A stretch of DNA of 32,000 bases from Alkalilimnicola ehrlichii MLHE-1 (lineage in GTDB: Bacteria > Pseudomonadota > Gammaproteobacteria > Nitrococcales > Halorhodospiraceae). Positions 9,578 through 16,908 of this stretch are shown here, piece after piece. The stretch spans positions 3,210,001-3,242,000 of the forward strand of contig NC_008340.1 in the NCBI RefSeq assembly GCF_000014785.1, in the 5' to 3' direction. Under the pieces are notes generated by a model that saw only the letters and a program-made list of their open reading frames with translations, was not told where the DNA came from and did no database searches. Within the stretch, counting starts at the first letter, position 1. Every line of letters starts with the position of its first letter. The position numbers and the translations under genes are program-made.

Positions 9578-10999
9578 ATGTCCAGCAAAAGCTATTCAGC
9601 AGGCGTCAAAGATTATCGCGATACCTATTGGGAGCCCGACTACCAGGTCAAGGACAGTGACTTCCTGGCCTGTTTCAAGGTCGTGCCGCAGGCCGGCGTG
9701 CCCCGTGAGGAGGCCGCCGCCGCCGTGGCCGCCGAGTCCTCCACCGGCACCTGGACCACCGTGTGGACGGACCTGCTGACGGACCTGGATTATTACAAGG
9801 GCCGTGCCTACAAGATCGAGGACGTGCCCGGCGACGACGAAGCCTTCTACGCCTTTATTGCCTACCCCATCGACCTGTTCGAAGAGAGCTCGGTGGTCAA
9901 TGTCTTCACCTCCCTGGTGGGCAACGTCTTCGGCTTCAAGGCCGTGCGCAGCCTGCGCCTGGAGGACGTGCGCATCCCGCTGGCCTATGTGATGACCTGC
10001 AACGGCCCGCCCCACGGCATCCAGGTGGAGCGGGACAAGATGGACAAGTACGGCCGCGGCCTGCTCGGCTGCACCATCAAGCCCAAGCTCGGTCTGTCCG
10101 CCAAGAACTATGGCCGTGCGGTCTACGAGTGCCTGCGCGGTGGCCTGGACTTCACCAAGGACGACGAAAACGTCAACTCCCAGCCCTTCATGCGCTGGCG
10201 CGACCGCTTCCTGTTCGTCCAGGAGGCCACCGAGAAGGCGCAGCAGGAGACCGGCGAGCGCAAGGGCCACTACCTGAACGTCACCGCCCCCTCGCCTGAG
10301 GAGATGTACGAGCGCGCGGAGTTCGCCAAGGAGATCGGTGCCCCGATCATCATGCACGACTTCCTCACCGGCGGCTTCTGCGCCAACACCGGCCTCGCCC
10401 GCTGGTGCCGCAAGAACGGCATGCTGCTGCACATCCACCGCGCCATGCACGCGGTGATGGACCGCAACCCGCGCCACGGCATCCACTTCCGGGTCCTGGC
10501 CAAGGCCCTGCGCCTGAGCGGCGGCGACCACCTGCACACCGGCACCGTGGTGGGCAAGCTGGAGGGCGACCGCGCCGCCACCGAGGGCTGGATCGACCTG
10601 CTGCGTGAACGCTTTATCCCCGAGGACCGGGCCCGCGGCATCTTCTTCGATCAGGACTGGGGCGCCATGCCCGGCGTCTTCGCGGTGGCCTCCGGTGGTA
10701 TCCACGTCTGGCACATGCCGGCGCTGGTCTCCATCTTCGGCGACGATGCCGTCTTCCAGTTCGGCGGCGGCACCCTGGGCCACCCTTGGGGCAACGCGGC
10801 CGGCGCCGCGGCCAACCGGGTGGCGCTCGAGGCCTGCGTCAAGGCGCGCAACGAGGGCCGCAACTTGGAGCGGGAAGGCAAGGAGATCCTGCAGGCCGCT
10901 GCCCAGCACAGCCCCGAGCTGAAGATCGCCATGGAGACCTGGAAGGAGATCAAGTTCGAATTCGAGACGGTGGACAAGCTGGACACGACGCACCGCTAA
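9578..10999 (+). CDS. cbbL: RuBisCO large subunit, form IA
   Basis: The start is taken at the ATG at 9578 ([22 protein letters not shown]); the track start at 9479 is TTG with a non-conserved extension. 473 aa. It contains [28 protein letters not shown] and the carbamylation-site region. The N-terminus matches form IA (green-type) enzymes. Confidence 0.97.
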   Translation: MSSKSYSAGVKDYRDTYWEPDYQVKDSDFLACFKVVPQAGVPREEAAAAVAAESSTGTWTTVWTDLLTDLDYYKGRAYKIEDVPGDDEAFYAFIAYPIDLFEESSVVNVFTSLVGNVFGFKAVRSLRLEDVRIPLAYVMTCNGPPHGIQVERDKMDKYGRGLLGCTIKPKLGLSAKNYGRAVYECLRGGLDFTKDDENVNSQPFMRWRDRFLFVQEATEKAQQETGERKGHYLNVTAPSPEEMYERAEFAKEIGAPIIMHDFLTGGFCANTGLARWCRKNGMLLHIHRAMHAVMDRNPRHGIHFRVLAKALRLSGGDHLHTGTVVGKLEGDRAATEGWIDLLRERFIPEDRARGIFFDQDWGAMPGVFAVASGGIHVWHMPALVSIFGDDAVFQFGGGTLGHPWGNAAGAAANRVALEACVKARNEGRNLEREGKEILQAAAQHSPELKIAMETWKEIKFEFETVDKLDTTHR

Positions 11000-11054
11000 G
11001 CCGCCGATACCCAACAGTACGCAAACAGCGACCGATTACTTGGAGGAGAACCCC

Positions 11055-11411
11055 ATGAGTCAGGTTCAAGACTATCCGTCCAGCCTCTCCGATCCGACCA
11101 GCCGCAAGCTGGGTACCTTTTCGTACCTGCCGCCGATGACCGATGACGAACTGCGCCGGCAGGTGGAGTACATTATCGAGAAGGGCTGGAACCCGGCCAT
11201 TGAGCACAGCGAGCCGGAGAACGCGCACATGTACTTCTGGTATATGTGGAAGCTGCCGATGTTCGGCGAAACCGACGTGGACCGGGTGCTGGCGGAGGCC
11301 GAGGCGTGCCACAAGGCGCACCCCAACAACCATGTCCGCCTGATCGGCTACGACAACTACGCCCAGTCCCAGGGCGCCGCCATGACCGTTTACCGCGCCA
11401 CGCCGCGGTAA
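11055..11411 (+). CDS. cbbS: RuBisCO small subunit, form IA
   Basis: The start is at the ATG at 11055 ([28 protein letters not shown]), behind the same TGGAGGAGAACC context as cbbL. 118 aa with [12 protein letters not shown] and VRLIGYDN. Confidence 0.95.
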   Translation: MSQVQDYPSSLSDPTSRKLGTFSYLPPMTDDELRRQVEYIIEKGWNPAIEHSEPENAHMYFWYMWKLPMFGETDVDRVLAEAEACHKAHPNNHVRLIGYDNYAQSQGAAMTVYRATPR

Positions 11412-11420
11412 ACGGTCATG
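11381..11420 (+). promoter_or_regulatory. Perfect 17-bp stem-loop straddling the cbbS stop codon (mRNA stability, processing or partial terminator element)
   Basis: CATGACCGTTTACCGCG (11381-11397) pairs with CGCGGTAAACGGTCATG (11404-11420), with the 6-nt loop CCACGC. The TAA stop (11409-11411) lies inside the 3-prime arm. No U-tract follows. Confidence 0.7.
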
Positions 11421-11577
11421 CCCTGCGGGTCCCTCAGGCCCTCCCCCTGGAGCGGAACGCCCGGCTGACCGTCGGCGCATTGCCCCACGGGGAGGGCCCG
11501 GGACCTGCACCAGGCGCGGGGGCCCACCCCGCCCTGTCCCTCCCCGCCACGCCGGCCTGAAGAACGGGTAGACCGCC

Positions 11578-12384
11578 ATGACCGATACCGATCAATACGC
11601 CGTCAAGCAAGAACCCTATTACCGCCCGGTGGGCGACGAGACCGAGTTGTTCGAGGCGGCGCACGCCGCGCGGATGCCGGTCATGCTCAAGGGCCCCACC
11701 GGTTGCGGTAAGTCACGGTTCGTCTCCTGGATGGCCTGGCGGCTGCAGCGGCCGCTGGTCACCGTGGCCTGCAACGAGGACATGACCGCCGCCGATCTGG
11801 TGGGCCGTTACCTGCTGGATGCCGACGGCACCCGCTGGCAGGACGGGCCGCTGACCCTGGCCGCCCGCATTGGCGCCATCTGCTACCTGGACGAGGTGGT
11901 GGAGGCCCGTCAGGACACCACGGTGGTGATCCACCCGCTCACCGACCATCGGCGGGTGCTGCCCCTGGAGAAGAAGGGCGAGCTGGTGGAGGCCCATCCG
12001 GACTTCCATCTCGTCATCTCCTACAACCCGGGCTATCAGAACCTGATGAAGGACCTGAAGCCCTCCACCAAACAACGCTTCGGTGCCCTGCACTTCGATT
12101 TCCCGGAGGCGGAGACCGAGGCGGAGATCCTGGTGCACGAAGCGGGGGTGGACCGGACCACCGCCGAGCGCCTGGTGCAGGTGGGCCAGCGCGGACGCAA
12201 CCTCAAGGGCCACGGCCTGGACGAGGGCATCTCCACCCGGCTGCTGGTCTACGCCGGCCAACTCATCGCCCGCGGCATCGCCCCCGGGGCTGCCTGCCGC
12301 ATGGCGCTGGTGCACCCGATCACCGACGATCCCGACCTGCGGGATACCCTGGAAGCGGCGGTGGACACGCACTTTCCGGACTGA
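11578..12384 (+). CDS. cbbQ: CbbQ, MoxR-class AAA+ ATPase subunit of the RuBisCO activase
   Basis: 268 aa with Walker A GPTGCGKS and Walker [11 protein letters not shown]. It lies directly downstream of cbbLS, as in cbbQ-associated form IA operons. Confidence 0.93.
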   Translation: MTDTDQYAVKQEPYYRPVGDETELFEAAHAARMPVMLKGPTGCGKSRFVSWMAWRLQRPLVTVACNEDMTAADLVGRYLLDADGTRWQDGPLTLAARIGAICYLDEVVEARQDTTVVIHPLTDHRRVLPLEKKGELVEAHPDFHLVISYNPGYQNLMKDLKPSTKQRFGALHFDFPEAETEAEILVHEAGVDRTTAERLVQVGQRGRNLKGHGLDEGISTRLLVYAGQLIARGIAPGAACRMALVHPITDDPDLRDTLEAAVDTHFPD

Positions 12385-12506
12385 GGAGCAGGGATGCCGG
12401 CACTGGAAGAGACATCGGCCCCTGTTGGGGCGGTGCCGGCGAATCCCACGGGTGCTGAAAGGTGCAGGTCTATGTCGGCTGGTCCTTCGGTAACCCTTGT
12501 ACAGGC

Positions 12507-12624
12507 GCCCTTTGGGGCGGGAGGTTGCGGTCATGGGTACGCTGCAAGTACGTCCCTGTAAGCTCGTAGCCGGCCATCCATGGCCGGCTACGCCCCATGA
12601 CCGCAACCTCCCGCCCCAAAGGGC
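12507..12624. repeat. 118-bp nested palindromic element (31-bp perfect terminal inverted repeats plus an inner 13-bp perfect hairpin)
   Basis: The left arm GCCCTTTGGGGCGGGAGGTTGCGGTCATGGG (12507-12537) is the exact reverse complement of 12594-12624. The inner hairpin is CGTAGCCGGCCAT-CC-ATGGCCGGCTACG at 12565-12592. It lies in the cbbQ-cbbO spacer. No flanking direct repeat was seen. Confidence 0.85.
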
Positions 12625-12867
12625 TAGCCATGCCCCGACCCCGATCACGACTCCGGCGCAATCGGGTGTCCAATGGGTCATTGTTAACTGCCCGGACAAT
12701 CCGCGGATTAATCCGCAAAGCGGGTTCAACGGTCTGCTCTCCCTGCGCGTTGAGGTGCAGGCTAGGGCACCGGAGATCGCTACCACCCAGTTACGGATTA
12801 GGGCCGGCGCCGTGGAATGGCACGCGGTCTCTGCCGGGCCCAACCCACCCAGCCCCAGGAGGCCGTC

Positions 12868-15198
12868 ATGAACGCCGAAATCCAAGCCTTGGCGGATGAA
12901 CTGCGCGGCACCCACCGCGAGGTGGCCGAGGTGCTCGACGCCTGCCTCGCCGAAGCAACCCGGGTGATGTCCGCCGACACCCAGGCCCGTTATCTGGAGG
13001 CCGCCCTGGCCCTGAACCGCCTGGGCCGCGGCCACGAGATCGTCATCACTTGGCTCGAGGCCATGCCCCCGGTGGCGCGCGAGGCCGGCGAGGCCATCGT
13101 CCCCGACACCGCCAGCGCCGCGCTCAAACTGGCCTCCATGGTCAGCGGCGAAGTCGTCGGCCTACTCTTCGACAGCCTGCCCACCGCCGCCCGACGGCTG
13201 GGCGACGACGACCTGCTGCGCCAATACCTGGCCCTGATCCACCAACTCTCCGGCCGCGCCCCGCGCGCCCTGCGCCCGCTGTTCACCCACCTCGACCAGC
13301 TGCTGGCCGTGCTCACCCTCAGCGGTCTTCGCCGCTGGGCACTCTGGGGCGTGCAGGCCTACGCCCGGGACTACGACCGCCTGGCCGCCTACTTCGCGCT
13401 GGAATCGGCCGACAGTCAGCAGGTCCTGCAACAGGAGCGCCGCGGCGTGCTCTTCGTGGACGTCCAGCGCCGGCTGGGCTTCTATTTGCGCGCCCTTTGG
13501 GGCCGCGACTTCTTCCTGCGCCCCAACGCCGCCGAACCGGGCAGCCCCGAGGCCCGCCCCTTCATCGAGGCTGGCACCCTGCACCTGCCCGACGCCATGG
13601 ACGATGTGGGCAGTGTCCGCGGCCTGGAGGTCTACCGCGCCCAGTGCGCCCACGCCGCCGCCCACATCGGCTTCGGCGAGGGCGCGCCGATGCAGGCCGA
13701 GGCGCTGAGCCCCGCCCAGCGTTACCTGATGGCCCTGATCGAAGATGCCCGGGTAGAGGCCCTAAGCGTGGCCACCTTTCCCGGCCTCTTCCCCCTCTGG
13801 CGCCGGCTGCTCAGCGAGGCCCCCCGCGCCGAGGACCCCACCCTGGCGCTGCTCCAGCGGCTCGCCCTCGCGCTGCTCGACCCCCAGTGGCAGGACGACC
13901 ACCCGGTTGTAGCGCAACTGGCCGGCCGCTTCCACCAGCGCATCCAGGCCGGCGACCACGGCTGGGAGCTGTCCGCGGAGCTCGGCCTCGACCTCATTGG
14001 CCACCTTCAGGACGCCGGCCCGCTGCCGCCCCTGAGCCGCCTGGAAACCCTGCCGCTGGCCTACCGCGACGACAACCGCTACCTCTGGGCCGAGCCGGAG
14101 GAGGCCGAACTGGCGCGGCAGGCGCCCGCCAAGGAGGCCCAGGTACGGCGCCGGCCTAGCGTCATCGAGATGGTCAATGAACTGGACTGCGAGCTGGCCG
14201 GGGACGATGCCCAGGAGATCTGGATCCTCGACACCGAGTTCTACCGCGACGGCGATCCGGAGGGGGTCAGTATCAATGAGCTGGAGGGCAAGCCCGCCAC
14301 CAGTCCCCCCTTCCATTACCAGGAGTGGGACTACAAGGCGCAACTGCACCGGCCCGACTGGGTCACGCTTATGGAACGCCGCCAGCCGGCCGGTGACCCG
14401 GACGACCTCAAGGCAATCATGGACGAATACCGCCCCGTGGCCCGACGGCTGCAGCGGGTGATCGACAGCCTGATCCCCCAGGGGCTGGTGCGCGAGCGCC
14501 GGCAGGAGGATGGCGACGAGATCGACCTGGACGCCGCCATCCGCGCCCGCATCGACCAGAAAACCGGCCACACGCCCGACCACCGGGTGAGCATCCGCTA
14601 CCACCGCCAGGAGCGGGACCTGGCGGTCCTGCTGCTGCTCGACCTGTCGGAATCGGCCAATGACACCCTGCCCGGCTCCGACCGCCCGCTCATCCAGCTC
14701 ACCCGCGAGGCCACCACGCTGCTGGCCTGGGCGGCCGACAGCATCGGCGACCCCTTCGCCGTGCACGGATTCGCCTCGGAGACCCGGCACGATGTCCACT
14801 ACCACCGCTTCAAGGACTTCGACCAGCCCTGGGACGATGCCGCCCAAGCTCGGGTGGCGGGTCTGGAGGCGGGGCTCTCCACCCGCATGGGTGCGGCATT
14901 ACGTCACGCCGGGCACTATATGACCCGCCGCCCGGAGCGCCACCGACTGATCCTGCTGCTCTCTGACGGTGCCCCCTCCGACATCGACGCGCCGGACCCG
15001 CAGTACCTGCGCCAGGACACCCGCAAGGCGGTGGAGGCGCTCCAGGCCCGTGGCGTTCACGCCCACTGCCTGACCCTGGACCCGGGCGCGGATCAGTACG
15101 TCCAGCAGCTCTTCGGCCCCCGCGGCTATACCGTGCTGGACCACCCCCAGCGGCTGCCTGAGAAGCTGCCCACCCTGTTCGCCAGCCTCACCCGCTGA
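12868..15198 (+). CDS. cbbO: CbbO, von Willebrand factor A domain subunit of the RuBisCO activase
   Basis: The start is at the ATG at 12868 (MNAEIQALADELRG), preceded by AGGAGG. 776 aa. The C-terminal VWA domain has the MIDAS motif LLLLDLSESAN and a later LILLLSDGAPSD. The size and the position after cbbQ fit CbbO. Confidence 0.9.
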   Translation: MNAEIQALADELRGTHREVAEVLDACLAEATRVMSADTQARYLEAALALNRLGRGHEIVITWLEAMPPVAREAGEAIVPDTASAALKLASMVSGEVVGLLFDSLPTAARRLGDDDLLRQYLALIHQLSGRAPRALRPLFTHLDQLLAVLTLSGLRRWALWGVQAYARDYDRLAAYFALESADSQQVLQQERRGVLFVDVQRRLGFYLRALWGRDFFLRPNAAEPGSPEARPFIEAGTLHLPDAMDDVGSVRGLEVYRAQCAHAAAHIGFGEGAPMQAEALSPAQRYLMALIEDARVEALSVATFPGLFPLWRRLLSEAPRAEDPTLALLQRLALALLDPQWQDDHPVVAQLAGRFHQRIQAGDHGWELSAELGLDLIGHLQDAGPLPPLSRLETLPLAYRDDNRYLWAEPEEAELARQAPAKEAQVRRRPSVIEMVNELDCELAGDDAQEIWILDTEFYRDGDPEGVSINELEGKPATSPPFHYQEWDYKAQLHRPDWVTLMERRQPAGDPDDLKAIMDEYRPVARRLQRVIDSLIPQGLVRERRQEDGDEIDLDAAIRARIDQKTGHTPDHRVSIRYHRQERDLAVLLLLDLSESANDTLPGSDRPLIQLTREATTLLAWAADSIGDPFAVHGFASETRHDVHYHRFKDFDQPWDDAAQARVAGLEAGLSTRMGAALRHAGHYMTRRPERHRLILLLSDGAPSDIDAPDPQYLRQDTRKAVEALQARGVHAHCLTLDPGADQYVQQLFGPRGYTVLDHPQRLPEKLPTLFASLTR

Positions 15199-15221
15199 CC
15201 CGCCTTACTCCACCAGCGACC

Positions 15222-15253
15222 GCGGCCGGCCGGGTGCCAACCCGCCCGGCCGC
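15222..15253 (+). terminator. GC-rich hairpin 24 nt after the cbbO stop
   Basis: GCGGCCGGCCGGGT-GCCA-ACCCGCCCGGCCGC forms a 14-position stem with one mismatch. No U-tract follows. Confidence 0.4.
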
Positions 15254-15280
15254 GACAATGCTGCACCTGCACGCCCTAGA

Positions 15281-15317
15281 AAGGCTTATGCTTTCATCAG
15301 CAAGCCTTAATTTCCTT
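15281..15317 (+). terminator. AT-richer hairpin with a T-rich tail upstream of gap (attenuator or weak intrinsic terminator)
   Basis: AAGGCTT(AT)GC-TTTCATCA-GCAAGCCTT (15281-15308) is followed by AATTTCCTT. It shares the word GGCTTATGC and the AATTT tail with a second copy after gap. Confidence 0.4.
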
Positions 15318-15416
15318 CAGCGTGTTGGTTTTGTCAGCATGACGACCAACCACAACACCCGTGCGGCGGTCGCCGCCACGGCGAAACAGAAACCATAAGC
15401 CAGGGGGAAGACAACA

Positions 15417-16427
15417 ATGGCGATCAAAGTTGCAATCAACGGTTACGGGCGCATTGGCCGCAACGTGCTCCGCGCCCTTTACGAAGCCGGCCGCACGGAC
15501 GAGATCCAGGTGGTGGCCATCAACGACCTGGGCAACGCCGAGACCAATGCCCACCTCACCCGCTTCGACAGCGTTCACGGCCGCTTCAACGGCGAGGTGC
15601 AGGTGGAGGGCGACAGCATGATCGTCAATGGTGACCGGGTGCGGGTGCTCGCGGAGCGGGATCCGGCCCGGCTGCCCTGGGGCGAGCTGGGCGTGGACCT
15701 GGTGATGGAGTGCACCGGGCTGTTCACCACCCGGGAGAAGGCCAGCGCCCACCTGCAGGCCGGCGCCAAGAAGGTGCTGATTTCCGCCCCCGGCGGTAAG
15801 GACGTGGACAACACCGTGGTCTTCGGCGTCAACCACGACACCCTCACGCCCGAGCACACCGTGGTCTCCAACGCCTCCTGCACCACCAACTGCCTGGCCC
15901 CGCTGGTCAAGCCGCTGCACGAGGCTATCGGTGTGGAGCGTGGCCTGATGACCACCATTCACGCCTACACCAACGACCAGGTCCTCAACGACGTCCACCA
16001 TAAGGACCTGCGCCGGGCCCGTTCCGCCACCATGAGCCAGATCCCGACCAGCACCGGCGCCGCCGCTGCCGTCGGCCTGGTACTGCCGGAGCTGAACGGC
16101 AAGCTGGACGGCTATGCGATCCGCGTGCCCACGGTGAACGTCTCCATCGTGGACCTGACCTTCACCGCCGCCCGCGAGACCTCGGTGGAGGAGATCAACC
16201 AGATCGTGCGTGGTGCCGCCGAGGGGCCGCTGAAGGGCATCCTCGCCTACAACGACGCCCCGCTGGTCTCCATCGACTTCAACCACGACCCGGCCTCCAG
16301 CACCTACGATGCCAGCCTGACCAAGGTCAACGGCAACCTGGTGAAGGTCACGGCCTGGTACGACAACGAGTGGGGCTTCTCCAACCGCATGCTGGATACC
16401 GCCCTGGCCATGGCCCAGGCCGGCTGA
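15417..16427 (+). CDS. gap: Glyceraldehyde-3-phosphate dehydrogenase (type I)
   Basis: 336 aa with [20 protein letters not shown] (NAD-binding), the catalytic [12 protein letters not shown], and [11 protein letters not shown]. Confidence 0.95.
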   Translation: MAIKVAINGYGRIGRNVLRALYEAGRTDEIQVVAINDLGNAETNAHLTRFDSVHGRFNGEVQVEGDSMIVNGDRVRVLAERDPARLPWGELGVDLVMECTGLFTTREKASAHLQAGAKKVLISAPGGKDVDNTVVFGVNHDTLTPEHTVVSNASCTTNCLAPLVKPLHEAIGVERGLMTTIHAYTNDQVLNDVHHKDLRRARSATMSQIPTSTGAAAAVGLVLPELNGKLDGYAIRVPTVNVSIVDLTFTAARETSVEEINQIVRGAAEGPLKGILAYNDAPLVSIDFNHDPASSTYDASLTKVNGNLVKVTAWYDNEWGFSNRMLDTALAMAQAG

Positions 16428-16442
16428 CACCACGCTGACCGT

Positions 16443-16507
16443 TGGCAAAGGCGGGCTTATGCCATCCATAAAAAGGCCTGAATTTTCATGGCCACCCGCC
16501 TTTGCCA
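16443..16507 (+). terminator. Long-loop hairpin 16 nt after the gap stop
   Basis: TGGCAAAGGCGGG (16443-16455) pairs with CCCGCCTTTGCCA (16495-16507): a 13-bp perfect stem. The 39-nt loop contains TTATG-N5-CATAA (16457-16471). Confidence 0.5.
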
Positions 16508-16753
16508 CTATGTATGCAACACGAAAGGCGAACCGATTACACGAATCGCCGAAGACCGGCCAGACCCCGCCAAGAGGGTCGCCGGCTGAACAAGCAGGAG
16601 GAGAGCCGAGCATGACCCAACCGCCATGCCCGCAGTCTTTCCTGGCGCAACAGTGGCTTTTCCGCTTCGCGCGCCACCTCAATGAACAGCACTCGGCCCG
16701 TGCAGACCGCCCGTCGGAGCGGCCACGGTCCGTTGCTCACCGAGTCGGGTGAC

Positions 16754-16810
16754 GGGCTTCTTTCCCTCGTGAAGCCCTTTCCGGCGGGGTTGACAGCCCG
16801 CCGGTTTCTT
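16754..16810 (+). terminator. Tandem hairpins, the second with a T-rich tail, in the gap-tkt spacer
   Basis: GGGCTTC (16754-16760) pairs with GAAGCCC (16771-16777). Then CCGGCGGG (16781-16788) pairs with CCCGCCGG (16797-16804), followed by TTTCTT (16805-16810). Confidence 0.5.
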
Positions 16811-16908
16811 ACACCAGACGGCATGGCGTCTGCGCCAGCCGTCGCCACATGACCGACGGGGCGCGCCAACCGCGTGCGCCCCGTCCCCAGCCCAGGGAGA
16901 TCACCCTC

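Noticed and set aside
9596-11014. 472-aa minus-strand ORF, plus several 60-180-aa ORFs, overlapping cbbL
   Set aside because: They are antisense or out of frame to the unambiguous RuBisCO large subunit. Their composition is dominated by G/A/V/L/H runs. These are shadow ORFs.
12817-12835. Sigma-54-like TGGCAC upstream of cbbO
   Set aside because: In TGGCACGCGGTCTCTGCC the GC of the -12 element is displaced by 2 nt from the GG-N10-GC spacing, and the TTGC core is absent.
12470-12899. Three overlapping ORFs (82, 124 and 100 aa) inside the cbbQ-cbbO spacer
   Set aside because: The minus- and plus-strand products contain the same peptide (GREVAVMG) because they read the two arms of a perfect palindrome. 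None has a Shine-Dalgarno, and one simply runs into the cbbO frame. They are artefacts of the inverted repeat.
9578-15198. Possibility of a carboxysome-associated (IAc) RuBisCO locus
   Set aside because: No cso shell, csoS2 or carbonic anhydrase genes follow cbbS. cbbQ and cbbO follow instead, which defines the non-carboxysomal cbbQ-associated context.
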